A DNA stretch of 64,000 nt from Candidatus Marinacidobacterales bacterium (GTDB lineage: Bacteria > Acidobacteriota > Vicinamibacteria > Marinacidobacterales > SMYC01). The stretch covers positions 6,432,001 through 6,496,000 of the forward strand of contig OZ250169.1 of assembly GCA_965237955.1 (NCBI GenBank). Reading direction: 5' to 3'. This document shows, piece by piece, positions 11,975 through 20,877 of this stretch (positions within the stretch are counted from its first letter, which is position 1; each line of letters opens with the position of its first letter). A program made the translations under genes and the position numbers. The notes under the pieces were generated by a model. It was not told where the DNA came from. It searched no databases and was given only the letters and a program-made list of their open reading frames with translations.

Positions 11975-13524
11975 CGGGACTCTCCTCCTTCGTAGTGATC
12001 CGCGCCTCGGATGTTCTCGTGCTCCTCTCGCGGTTTCGCTTCGGCGTCCGATTCGAGCACCACACGATCCAGACCAGCCGAGAGAATGTTTTTCACCGTG
12101 CGATAGCTGTAAGAGCTCAAAGCTTCCGCTCGTGCGCAAGCGGCCTCGAGACGCTCACTGCCCCAGCGGCTGCCTAGTCGCATGACTCCCAGGCAAGAGC
12201 GAAATCCCTGCTCCGGGTGAGGCCGACTCTCTAGAATCCCCGCAACCAGCCTTCCCGTGGCGCGACCTGACTGCTCCGCCCAGTGGAGCAGCCGCGACGG
12301 CGTCCACTCCAGGTGCTCCCGATGCGAACGTGGCATATGCTCCGGGTTCGTGGAGTAGTGCCCCTTTCCTTTCTTGCGGGGATGCGACGCGACGCGCTTT
12401 CCCTTGAACAGGACCTCCACCACCGAGGCCGTCACCCGTGCCTCGACTTTCTCGTGAATGAGCTGATAGGGAACGCTGTACAAGTTGTTCTCCACCTCCA
12501 CGTGGTAGTCGATGTTCACTCTGCACCGCTTCCACGTCGATAACTCGTAGCTCTCCTGCGGTAGCGGTTTCAGTACGGGCCGGTCTAGCCTTTCGTACAA
12601 CTCCCGCCGACTCACACCGAGCTTCTGCATCGGACGCGCATTCAGGACCTCTAACTTCTCCCAGATGGCTTCGTTCAGTTCCGCCAGGCTGAAGAACGTG
12701 CGATGACGAAGCACCGCCAGGATCCAGCGCTGCGCCACCTGCACTGCCGACTCCACCTTCGCTTTGTCTTTCGGCTTGAACACCCGAGCCGGGACCACAA
12801 CCGCACCGTAATGCGTCGCCAGCTCTTCGTACGTCCGGTTGATCCCTGGCTCGTAACGGTCCACCAAATCCACGCCGCTCTTCAAGTTGTCCGGAACCCA
12901 GATCTCCGTACTGCCACCGAAGTAATCCGACATCCCCTTATGGGCCTTCGCCCACGATTCCAGCGACTGGTTCAGTGTCGCTTCGACGTAGGTGTAACTG
13001 CTCGCGCCCAACGTCCCGACGAACAGCTCCATTTCGACGAGCTCTCCCGTTTTCGGATCGACGATGTGAGGCTTCTTCCCCGAAAAATCGACGAATGTCT
13101 TCTCGCCTGCTCGATGCCGTTGACGCATCGTCGGGTTCAGCTTCTTCTTCCACTGACCGTACAGCTCGCAATAACGGCTGTAGCCGTACGCTCCCGGCTT
13201 ATTCTCCGCGTACTCCACCCACAGCTGCAGCAACGTCAGCTCTCGGTGACGCCTCAGCTCCTCGTGGATGTGGGCATAGTCCAGACCCGGCCGTGCGCCA
13301 GACGAGCCCGGCGGCGGAAACAGCCCTGCCTCCAGCTCCCCGTCGCTCAGCTCCTCCGGGAGCGGCCAGCTCAGACCACCCTTCTTCGCCTTGGCCAGGT
13401 ACTCACTCACCGTTCCAACCGCCACGCGAAGTGCCTTTGCGATCATGCGGTGAGTAAAACCCAGCTCGTACTTTAACCTTAGAACCTCTCGTATTTTTCT
13501 CATCGATAACCTCTTAGCTGCCAT
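11968..13524 (-). CDS. istA: IS21 transposase IstA
   Basis: TFVDFSG, VPDNLKSGV, PKDKAKVE; 518 aa, same protein as copy 2. Confidence 0.96.
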   Translation of the reverse strand: MAAKRLSMRKIREVLRLKYELGFTHRMIAKALRVAVGTVSEYLAKAKKGGLSWPLPEELSDGELEAGLFPPPGSSGARPGLDYAHIHEELRRHRELTLLQLWVEYAENKPGAYGYSRYCELYGQWKKKLNPTMRQRHRAGEKTFVDFSGKKPHIVDPKTGELVEMELFVGTLGASSYTYVEATLNQSLESWAKAHKGMSDYFGGSTEIWVPDNLKSGVDLVDRYEPGINRTYEELATHYGAVVVPARVFKPKDKAKVESAVQVAQRWILAVLRHRTFFSLAELNEAIWEKLEVLNARPMQKLGVSRRELYERLDRPVLKPLPQESYELSTWKRCRVNIDYHVEVENNLYSVPYQLIHEKVEARVTASVVEVLFKGKRVASHPRKKGKGHYSTNPEHMPRSHREHLEWTPSRLLHWAEQSGRATGRLVAGILESRPHPEQGFRSCLGVMRLGSRWGSERLEAACARAEALSSYSYRTVKNILSAGLDRVVLESDAEAKPREEHENIRGADHYEGGESRC

Positions 13525-13779
13525 TTCCTAGATCGTCCTCCTTCCGGGTACGACCTAGAGTTGCCTTGAAACGTGCTATCGATGAGCGTTCGCGATGCCG
13601 GAACCGGCGTTCACCTTCCCCGGAATCCGTGTTCACGATGCTTTGGAATGGATGTTCACCTTCGGCTGGAATCTGCGTTCACGATGCCCCGGAATACGCA
13701 ACTCCACGCGGCATGAAATTTCCTATCATTCGACCGGCGTAGCATATGATTGCAATTCGAGCCGGAGCTGAGAGCAAGA

Positions 13780-13813
13780 ATGCGCTACCCGAAAAGGAGC
13801 CAGCACAAGTACA
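13780..13813 (+). pseudogene. Stub of a second IS903-group transposase
   Basis: MRYPKRSQHKY, same N-terminus as the ORF at 6860, cut by the element at 13814. Confidence 0.65.
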
Positions 13814-13930
13814 GGTATTGTCAAGTTGAGAGCTCCCAGGCTCCCAGGGCGATCCGACCGCAAAATTTGGTTGACGGCGTACGCTCTAACTCCACTATAT
13901 TGGGGCCCGATCCGCCAACTTGACAATACC
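13814..13930. mobile_element. 117-bp MITE with IS6-like ends
   Basis: 15-bp perfect IR GGTATTGTCAAGTTG / CAACTTGACAATACC; a near-identical solo end at 24062-24076. Confidence 0.7.
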
Positions 13931-14090
13931 GCTGCATAGGCCGCCCAGACCTGTTCTGGCTCGCCGAATTTCCAAGGGTTAAACCACGCCGTGGCGAAGC
14001 GTGGAAGGGCAGCAGATCCTCTCTTTCTCTCGAGCTCGGTAGCGGTCATGTTCATAAATGACGTCTTGCCACGCCCCAGCGAGCAGGGAT
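13931..14090 (-). pseudogene. KAP-family P-loop NTPase fragment
   Basis: GRGKTSFMNM Walker A followed by WFNPWKF..VW, typical of KAP NTPases. Confidence 0.7.
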
Positions 14091-14242
14091 CGCGAGAGCC
14101 AACGGAGGTTCCGTGTCTCTGGATCTGAGGAGTCTCCTTTTTTTCGAGCCGGAAAGGTTGGAATTCTACGCCGTGGCGTCGGGGGTTCAAATAGCCCCAG
14201 TGAAAAAAGGGAACAGGTCCTTTTTTGCGAGCAAAAGCGGTC

Positions 14243-14599
14243 TCACGACAGTGGTTGAGCAAATGACAGCTCATGACCATCGGGATCGTGCAGATGGAAG
14301 TATCGTTCGCCCCAGGGCGCATCTCTTGGCTTCTGCGGGTTGAACCCTTTTTCCTCGAGGTAAGCCCACAACTCATCAACATCCTTCACGTGGAATATGA
14401 TCCTTCCCCAGTCCGTAGTATGACTACCCTGCTCTAGGTTGAGGATGGACAGGTTCCCGCCTTTCGTCCGGAGAGAGGAAAAATAGGCATTCTCTCCACC
14501 ATGAAAAATCTCCAGGCCGAGTATCTGGTTATAAAACCGCACAGACCGCGACATATCGCTTACTCGGATGGTAATGGCGGAGATTCTTTGTACCTTCAT
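14243..14599 (-). CDS. VOC/glyoxalase family protein
   Basis: AITIRVSDM.RS..FY..LG, PRDAPWGERYF.LHDPDGHEL. Confidence 0.92.
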   Translation of the reverse strand: MKVQRISAITIRVSDMSRSVRFYNQILGLEIFHGGENAYFSSLRTKGGNLSILNLEQGSHTTDWGRIIFHVKDVDELWAYLEEKGFNPQKPRDAPWGERYFHLHDPDGHELSFAQPLS

Positions 14600-15600
14600 C
14601 CCTTGTCCCTCCTCCCACGGGGTTCTATGAGTCTCCTGCTCGCGGCCCTGAGATCTTAGCTGAGTTGCAGCGAACTTCGCCGGCTAGATGGTGGATAGGG
14701 TTGAGCCAACGGACTAGCGGCGACCCGATCTCTTCGCCGAACTCGCCATGTCCTGCATGAGCTGAAGGTAATCTTGGCGACACGTACCGCCCAGAGTTCT
14801 CCTGGCCTGCAGCAGTCGGGTCTCCCGGGAGTTGCCGGGCCTATCCTCTGTCGCTCGTCTGGAAGGAAGAGACGACAAACCCAGGCGCTCCCGCCCGACT
14901 GGCTGCGAGCTGTTACCCCAGTGTTACCCCAACGGGCAGGAACCGCCCGGCGAACCCGTCCACGTTGACTCCCACCCTGCCGGGCATAACCTCCTGGGCG
15001 ACCCGGACCATCCGCTCAAGATACTTATCGTCAGTAGTTTGCGGGTCAAATCGGGCCATCGCCGCCGGTAGTTTGGTGGCCCTCGTTCGGCTCCCATCTG
15101 GGGTCCCATCGCCGCGGATGAAGTGATCGATGACGACGCCGTCGGCTACCTGGGCGATCCGCTCGAAGAACCCACGGGGCTCGGAAATCGGAAGAAGCGG
15201 GGACACCGTGATGAGCACGCGGAGCTCAGAAGCCTGCAGGGCGGCCGCGGCCCTCAAACCTTTTCTCCACCGAGCTCGCCGGTGGTGGCAAGCCAGGCAG
15301 GCGATCCCGATCGCTTTCGATGGAAATGTGAAACCGAAGCTCGCACCGCCGAGCCAACTGTAGGTAGAGGTCGCTGTAGGCGTTAACCAGGTGGGTGTGC
15401 GTTTGGACAATGAGGACGTCCGGCGGCGACTCACTCATTGCCTCCAGAAGGCGCCCGGTGATCCCGAAAGTTTTCTCCTGGGGCACGAAGGGATCGGTGG
15501 AGCTCGAGAGGAAGATACTGAAACCGCCACCCCTCTGTGCCAACCTCCTTGAGACACTTCGCCCCTTGAAATTAGTGTAGAGGGCGGAGGAGGATCATGA

Positions 15601-16068
15601 ATGACTACGTTGATTGAGAGAATGACCCCGGCGGGATCGGAAGGAGCCCGTAGGGCGACTGCAGATCGCGCCGGCCGCGATGCGGCAGGGGTCCCGGATC
15701 CCGAAGTGAGTGAGCAAGCGAAGCGTCGACGCTTTACCGCAGAGTACAAGCTGCGGATAGTGCGCGAGGCCGATGCTTGCAAGGGTGACGGGGATGTTGC
15801 GGCTCTTCTGCGTCGAGAGGGACTGTACTCGTCGCATCTTTCGAGTTGGCGTCGCCAACGTGACAAGATTGCCAAGGCGGGGTTGACATCGAGGAAGCGA
15901 GGACGGAAGGCGAAGGCAGAGGATCCACGGGTCAAGGAGCTCGAGCGCGAGAACGCGCGATTGAAGCATCGCCTGGCTCGGGTGGAGACGATGCTAGAGA
16001 TCCAAAAAAAAACCTCCGAACTTCTGGGGATCCCCCTGAATCCACCAGACAGCGACGAGAACGATTGA
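15601..16068 (+). CDS. IS3-family OrfA
   Basis: RRRFTAEYKLRIV..LLRREGLYSS.L..WR; A-rich slippery run near 16004. Confidence 0.9.
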   Translation: MTTLIERMTPAGSEGARRATADRAGRDAAGVPDPEVSEQAKRRRFTAEYKLRIVREADACKGDGDVAALLRREGLYSSHLSSWRRQRDKIAKAGLTSRKRGRKAKAEDPRVKELERENARLKHRLARVETMLEIQKKTSELLGIPLNPPDSDEND

Positions 16069-16272
16069 TGGTGGCGGCCGAGGAGCTGGCGGGACGAATT
16101 GGACAGACGGCGGAAGCCTGCGAGGCCCTTGGAATAGCTCGCTCCACGTTGTATCGCAGGCGCCAGACGGTGACGTCCAATGCGAAACGCCGGGTAGTGC
16201 ATCAGTTTGATTATTTTAGACCTTGATTTCTGGCCCGCACTCTGGCAGCGTTTGCCACCTGGAGGTGAAAGC

Positions 16273-16509
16273 ATGCCACGAGGACCGCAGAAACAGTGGA
16301 GACCCGCCGGGACCGCCGAGTGTGCCGTCCACGTCATGAGGATCGCGACAGGCGAGCTCGACGAAACGTTTGAGCCGCCCAGCGGGGATGCTGACCCGGA
16401 CGCCAGCGAGCGTGCATCGGTGGCAGCCAAGGCCCGCGCCGCGAGCCTGACGCAGGAGAGGCGCTCCGAGATCGCCAGAAACGCCGCCCGCGCTCGCTGG
16501 AAAGAGTGA
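16273..16509 (+). CDS. Small basic helical protein, putative nucleic-acid binding IS passenger
   Basis: GGAGG RBS; MPRGP..AVHVMRIATGE..ARAASLTQERRSEIARNAARARW. Confidence 0.75.
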   Translation: MPRGPQKQWRPAGTAECAVHVMRIATGELDETFEPPSGDADPDASERASVAAKARAASLTQERRSEIARNAARARWKE

Positions 16510-16564
16510 GCCCTTGCGCCAGTGAGCCGTCGCGAGTTAGTATCCAGGAGGGGGTACTCCATGT

Positions 16565-16831
16565 CTACTTCCGAGACTGCTGTTTCAGAAGACGCTCAAT
16601 CCGACTCAGAGCTGCAAGGACAGGATCTGATTGACGAAGCTCTGGTGGAAGTGCGAAATCTGATAAAATATCTCCTGCAAAACGCAGGTACTGCTTCCGA
16701 TCAAAATCGAAGCGATGCGTCCTAGACTCTTCTCTCTCGTTCTCGAGCCTTTGCTCAACAACGATTACGAACTGCTTTGTGTTGTCCGGTCTGTCAACTA
16801 GTGAAGCTTTCTCTACGGTCCATCCTTGCAT
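16565..16831 (-). CDS. Hypothetical cargo protein (88 aa)
   Basis: AGAGGA RBS and protein-like composition. Confidence 0.55.
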   Translation of the reverse strand: MQGWTVEKASLVDRPDNTKQFVIVVEQRLENEREESRTHRFDFDRKQYLRFAGDILSDFALPPELRQSDPVLAALSRIERLLKQQSRK

Positions 16832-16937
16832 GATCCATCCTCTTTTTCTAAGCGAACTTCTTCCTTTTCCTTCTTATCGACGGCCCAAGTGTGGCTACAG
16901 TTTGAGCGCTTCAAAACTGTTCTTGTTGCCGATGGTT

Positions 16938-17240
16938 TCAGCCAAACGTGCGCGACAAATAGATCAAAATGACGGTGGCCCAAGACAACGCTGTTCCTAT
17001 CCATGCCTCCTTGACTTGACGAGCCTTATAACGCTTTACGTAGGTCCGTTCCAGGAGCGCAAGATCAGTGGTGCCAACGCCTTCTTCCGATAGCGACTCC
17101 AACATTGAGTCTGACATCTTGGGAGTTCTGAGATAGACAGCAGGAATCGCGATCGGCCAAACAATCCACGCAAACAATCCCCACGGCCTCGTCCATTCTC
17201 CATCGGCTGCTTTCCTGATCTTCAACAAATTTGCTGTCAT
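16938..17240 (-). CDS. Small membrane protein with two hydrophobic segments
   Basis: AAAGG RBS; WGLFAWIVWPIAIPAVYL and WIGTALSWATVILIYL. Confidence 0.55.
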   Translation of the reverse strand: MTANLLKIRKAADGEWTRPWGLFAWIVWPIAIPAVYLRTPKMSDSMLESLSEEGVGTTDLALLERTYVKRYKARQVKEAWIGTALSWATVILIYLSRTFG

Positions 17241-17408
17241 CGGCGACTACCTTTCTCCGAAGGATGCCCGATGGCCTCTATTGGTCGCCGGGCCAGTCGC
17301 CAAACAAACCGCAGGTTGCTTGCGGGATCCCGCCTATTCCCACCCCTTGGAGGAGGTCTTGTATTCAGCGAGTGCCCCGACGGCAGGTCACCCACGGTTT
17401 GTTTGGCT
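17241..17408 (-). ncRNA. Candidate structured RNA or leader
   Basis: 13-bp perfect closing stem 17299-17311 / 17395-17407, extended by G-U pairs on the minus strand; second stem 17241-17247 / 17284-17290. Confidence 0.45.
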
Positions 17409-17414
17409 GGCGGG

Positions 17415-17444
17415 AGATTACATTAACTTGCGCGCGCGTGTCCA
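17415..17444 (-). promoter_or_regulatory. Putative sigma70 promoter for the structured RNA
   Basis: TGGACA-N18-TAATCT placing +1 at the base of the stem. Confidence 0.45.
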
Positions 17445-17532
17445 GACAATTTCGTGCTACACTCCAACAACATTTGCGCTAGCAAGTCTCAGGCCGAATC
17501 AGCGACCCATGGTTTCAAGAAAGGGTAGAAAA

Positions 17533-17697
17533 ATGGCAAGAAAATCGCCGTGGCATTCAGCCGACAGTGATGTATATCACGTTTGTAGCAATTGCACGGA
17601 AGGAGACAATATCCAGCCAGAAAACGAGATTTCTGGAAAGGGCGGTAAACGCCTTTGCTTTCGTTGTCAGGAATTAATCGACAGCAACGGCTGCTAG
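17533..17697 (+). CDS. Small Cys/His-rich protein (54 aa), putative zinc binder
   Basis: MARKSPWHS..VYHVCSNCTEGDNI..GKGG..LCFRC; AAGGG RBS. Confidence 0.65.
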   Translation: MARKSPWHSADSDVYHVCSNCTEGDNIQPENEISGKGGKRLCFRCQELIDSNGC

Positions 17698-17997
17698 AAC
17701 TGGCACGCCATCAGTATGCGGGCCCTTTTTGTGGAAGGTCATTTCCCATTCAGGCCCCGTAAGCTCTCCGTCTACTACGGACCAGGTGCGCCGGAGTTTG
17801 GAGATCGGGAGCGGACCAAATGTCATAGCCACCCATACAGCTTTGTATCCTTCTTCATGCCCCCCAGAAAACCGAATCATCGGGACAGGAGAGGCGTGGC
17901 CTTCGCCGCCCTCGCAGGATTCGAATGTCTCGATCCCATGTTGTTGAAGCGTCTTGACAAATTGGGCAATCCCGGGATCGAGTATGCCGTCTCTCAT
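17674..17997 (-). CDS. Hypothetical cargo protein
   Basis: LDPGI..FVKTL..HGIETFESCEGGEGH..P.IRF; S-C-E-G motif recalls TYW3-like folds (weak). Confidence 0.65.
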   Translation of the reverse strand: MRDGILDPGIAQFVKTLQQHGIETFESCEGGEGHASPVPMIRFSGGHEEGYKAVWVAMTFGPLPISKLRRTWSVVDGELTGPEWEMTFHKKGPHTDGVPVLAAVAVD

Positions 17998-18151
17998 ACT
18001 GAGGATACTAGACCGCACAGTCCCCAATAGGAAATGCTACCTTACTAAGTCTTTGTATCGCAAGCGCTTCCAGTTTAATCCCTCTAACCATGGCGGCCAC
18101 ATGGTCGATTGTGTCGGCCGGTTCGGCCTTCGGATTAGCGCGATAAAAGAG

Positions 18152-18180
18152 TTGACATTCATGCTTGCGGAATATATACT
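18152..18180 (+). promoter_or_regulatory. Near-consensus sigma70 promoter of the IS1-like transposase
   Basis: TTGACA-N17-TATACT; ATG follows at 18188. Confidence 0.75.
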
Positions 18181-18187
18181 TTTGATT

Positions 18188-19066
18188 ATGAATAAGATGA
18201 CGGTTCAGAAGCGAGCCACCATCCTCAAAATGTTGATGCACGGATCGTCCATACGGTCGATCGGCGAGATTACGGGCTCGTCCGCCAACACGATATCGAA
18301 ACTGTTGATCGAGGCCGGAAAGGCTTGCGCAGCCTATCACGACGCGACGGTCCGGAACGTGAGCTCGAGACGCGTTCAGGTCGATGAGATCTGGTCGTTC
18401 ACCTACGCGAAAGCGAAAAACGTAGCACGGGCGAAGGCCGCACCCGAGGGCGCGGGCGACACCTGGACGTGGACGGCGCTTGACGCTGACTCCAAGCTGA
18501 TCGTCTCCTGGCTCGTAGGTGGGCGCGATGCCGGTTACGCCGCCGAGTTCATGCAAGACCTGGCCGGTCGCCTGGCCAACCGCGTACAGCTCACCAGCGA
18601 CGGCCACCGGGTGTACCTGAACGCTGTCGAGGATGCGTTCGGTTCGGATATCGATTACGGAATGTTGATCAAAAACTACGGAGACGCGCCGGAAGGTCAG
18701 AGGCGGTACAGCCCGGCCGTCTGCACCGGAGCGACACGGATGCGCGTGAGCGGCGACCCCGACGAGGCCCACATCAGCACCAGCTACGTCGAGCGCCAGA
18801 ACCTCACGATGCGGATGAGCATGCGCCGGTACACGCGGCTGACGAACGCCTTCTCGAAGAAGCTGGCGAATCACGAGCATAACGTCGCGCTCTACACCGT
18901 GTGGTACAACTTCTGCCGTATCCACCGGAGCCTTCGTGTGACGCCAGCGATGGAAGCCGGACTGGCCGACACTCCCTACGATGCTGAGTGGATCGTCGGG
19001 CTGGTGGACGAGGCAGCACCGAAGCCGCGTAAGCCTGGCCCGAAGGGGCCGCGCAGAAGGAAGTAA
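18188..19066 (+). CDS. IS1-family DDE transposase
   Basis: HTH, VQVDEIWSF, QLTSDG, STSYVERQNLTMR..RLTNAFSKK, TPAMEAG. Confidence 0.92.
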   Translation: MNKMTVQKRATILKMLMHGSSIRSIGEITGSSANTISKLLIEAGKACAAYHDATVRNVSSRRVQVDEIWSFTYAKAKNVARAKAAPEGAGDTWTWTALDADSKLIVSWLVGGRDAGYAAEFMQDLAGRLANRVQLTSDGHRVYLNAVEDAFGSDIDYGMLIKNYGDAPEGQRRYSPAVCTGATRMRVSGDPDEAHISTSYVERQNLTMRMSMRRYTRLTNAFSKKLANHEHNVALYTVWYNFCRIHRSLRVTPAMEAGLADTPYDAEWIVGLVDEAAPKPRKPGPKGPRRRK

Positions 19067-19104
19067 TCAAACTGATGCACTACCAAACGCCGCCCTCGGT
19101 TGCG

Positions 19105-19260
19105 TATTCCGGGGCATCGTGAACGCAGATTCCAGCCGAAGGTGAACATCCATTCCAAAGCATCGTGAACACGGATTCCGGGGATCGTGAACATCGATTC
19201 CGGGGAAGGTGAACACGGATTCCAGGCAACGTGAACGCCGGTTCCGGCATCGCGAACGCT
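19105..19260 (+). repeat. About seven tandem ~22-bp IS21 left-end repeats
   Basis: Consensus gATTCCnnnnnnnnGTGAAC; same array at 31841-31996, two units fewer at about 13585-13696. Confidence 0.85.
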
Positions 19261-19320
19261 CATCGATAGCACGTTTCAAGGCAACTCTAGGTCGTACCCG
19301 GAAGGAGGACGATCTAGGAA

Positions 19321-20877
19321 ATGGCAGCTAAGAGGTTATCGATGAGAAAAATACGAGAGGTTCTAAGGTTAAAGTACGAGCTGGGTTTTACTCACCGCAT
19401 GATCGCAAAGGCACTTCGCGTGGCGGTTGGAACGGTGAGTGAGTACCTGGCCAAGGCGAAGAAGGGTGGTCTGAGCTGGCCGCTCCCGGAGGAGCTGAGC
19501 GACGGGGAGCTGGAGGCAGGGCTGTTTCCGCCGCCGGGCTCGTCTGGCGCACGGCCGGGTCTGGACTATGCCCACATCCACGAGGAGCTGAGGCGTCACC
19601 GAGAGCTGACGTTGCTGCAGCTGTGGGTGGAGTACGCGGAGAATAAGCCGGGAGCGTACGGCTACAGCCGTTATTGCGAGCTGTACGGTCAGTGGAAGAA
19701 GAAGCTGAACCCGACGATGCGTCAACGGCATCGAGCAGGCGAGAAGACATTCGTCGATTTTTCGGGGAAGAAGCCTCACATCGTCGATCCGAAAACGGGA
19801 GAGCTCGTCGAAATGGAGCTGTTCGTCGGGACGTTGGGCGCGAGCAGTTACACCTACGTCGAAGCGACACTGAACCAGTCGCTGGAATCGTGGGCGAAGG
19901 CCCATAAGGGGATGTCGGATTACTTCGGTGGCAGTACGGAGATCTGGGTTCCGGACAACTTGAAGAGCGGCGTGGATTTGGTGGACCGTTACGAGCCAGG
20001 GATCAACCGGACGTACGAAGAGCTGGCGACGCATTACGGTGCGGTTGTGGTCCCGGCTCGGGTGTTCAAGCCGAAAGACAAAGCGAAGGTGGAGTCGGCA
20101 GTGCAGGTGGCGCAGCGCTGGATCCTGGCGGTGCTTCGTCATCGCACGTTCTTCAGCCTGGCGGAACTGAACGAAGCCATCTGGGAGAAGTTAGAGGTCC
20201 TGAATGCGCGTCCGATGCAGAAGCTCGGTGTGAGTCGGCGGGAGTTGTACGAAAGGCTAGACCGGCCCGTACTGAAACCGCTACCGCAGGAGAGCTACGA
20301 GTTATCGACGTGGAAGCGGTGCAGAGTGAACATCGACTACCACGTGGAGGTGGAGAACAACTTGTACAGCGTTCCCTATCAGCTCATTCACGAGAAAGTC
20401 GAGGCACGGGTGACGGCCTCGGTGGTGGAGGTCCTGTTCAAGGGAAAGCGCGTCGCGTCGCATCCCCGCAAGAAAGGAAAGGGGCACTACTCCACGAACC
20501 CGGAGCATATGCCACGTTCGCATCGGGAGCACCTGGAGTGGACGCCGTCGCGGCTGCTCCACTGGGCGGAGCAGTCAGGTCGCGCCACGGGAAGGCTGGT
20601 TGCGGGGATTCTAGAGAGTCGGCCTCACCCGGAGCAGGGATTTCGCTCTTGCCTGGGAGTCATGCGACTAGGCAGCCGCTGGGGCAGTGAGCGTCTCGAG
20701 GCCGCTTGCGCACGAGCGGAAGCTTTGAGCTCTTACAGCTATCGCACGGTGAAAAACATTCTCTCGGCTGGTCTGGATCGTGTGGTGCTCGAATCGGACG
20801 CCGAAGCGAAACCGCGAGAGGAGCACGAGAACATCCGAGGCGCGGATCACTACGAAGGAGGAGAGTCCCGATGCTGA
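19321..20877 (+). CDS. istA: IS21 transposase IstA
   Basis: DDE motifs as in copy 1. Confidence 0.96.
   Translation: MAAKRLSMRKIREVLRLKYELGFTHRMIAKALRVAVGTVSEYLAKAKKGGLSWPLPEELSDGELEAGLFPPPGSSGARPGLDYAHIHEELRRHRELTLLQLWVEYAENKPGAYGYSRYCELYGQWKKKLNPTMRQRHRAGEKTFVDFSGKKPHIVDPKTGELVEMELFVGTLGASSYTYVEATLNQSLESWAKAHKGMSDYFGGSTEIWVPDNLKSGVDLVDRYEPGINRTYEELATHYGAVVVPARVFKPKDKAKVESAVQVAQRWILAVLRHRTFFSLAELNEAIWEKLEVLNARPMQKLGVSRRELYERLDRPVLKPLPQESYELSTWKRCRVNIDYHVEVENNLYSVPYQLIHEKVEARVTASVVEVLFKGKRVASHPRKKGKGHYSTNPEHMPRSHREHLEWTPSRLLHWAEQSGRATGRLVAGILESRPHPEQGFRSCLGVMRLGSRWGSERLEAACARAEALSSYSYRTVKNILSAGLDRVVLESDAEAKPREEHENIRGADHYEGGESRC

Larger units (their letters stand above)
10807..13700 (-). mobile_element. 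IS21-family element, copy 1 (istB-defective)
   Basis: TGCGTATTCC termini with 22-bp subterminal repeats; flanks gCTCCA / aCTCCA. Confidence 0.95.
16193..19084 (+). mobile_element. IS1-family element with passenger genes (2892 bp)
   Basis: 20-bp perfect IR GGTAGTGCATCAGTTTGATT / AATCAAACTGATGCACTACC; 8-bp target duplication AAACGCCG (16185-16192, 19085-19092). Confidence 0.92.

Noticed and set aside
17381-17395. CGTGGGTGACCTGCC resembling a 16S rRNA segment
   Set aside because: Only 15 nt, with no flanking rRNA similarity.
19105-19260. Regular 22-bp repeats as a CRISPR array or iterons
   Set aside because: No unique spacers and no cas or rep genes; they sit at IS21 termini and recur with each copy.
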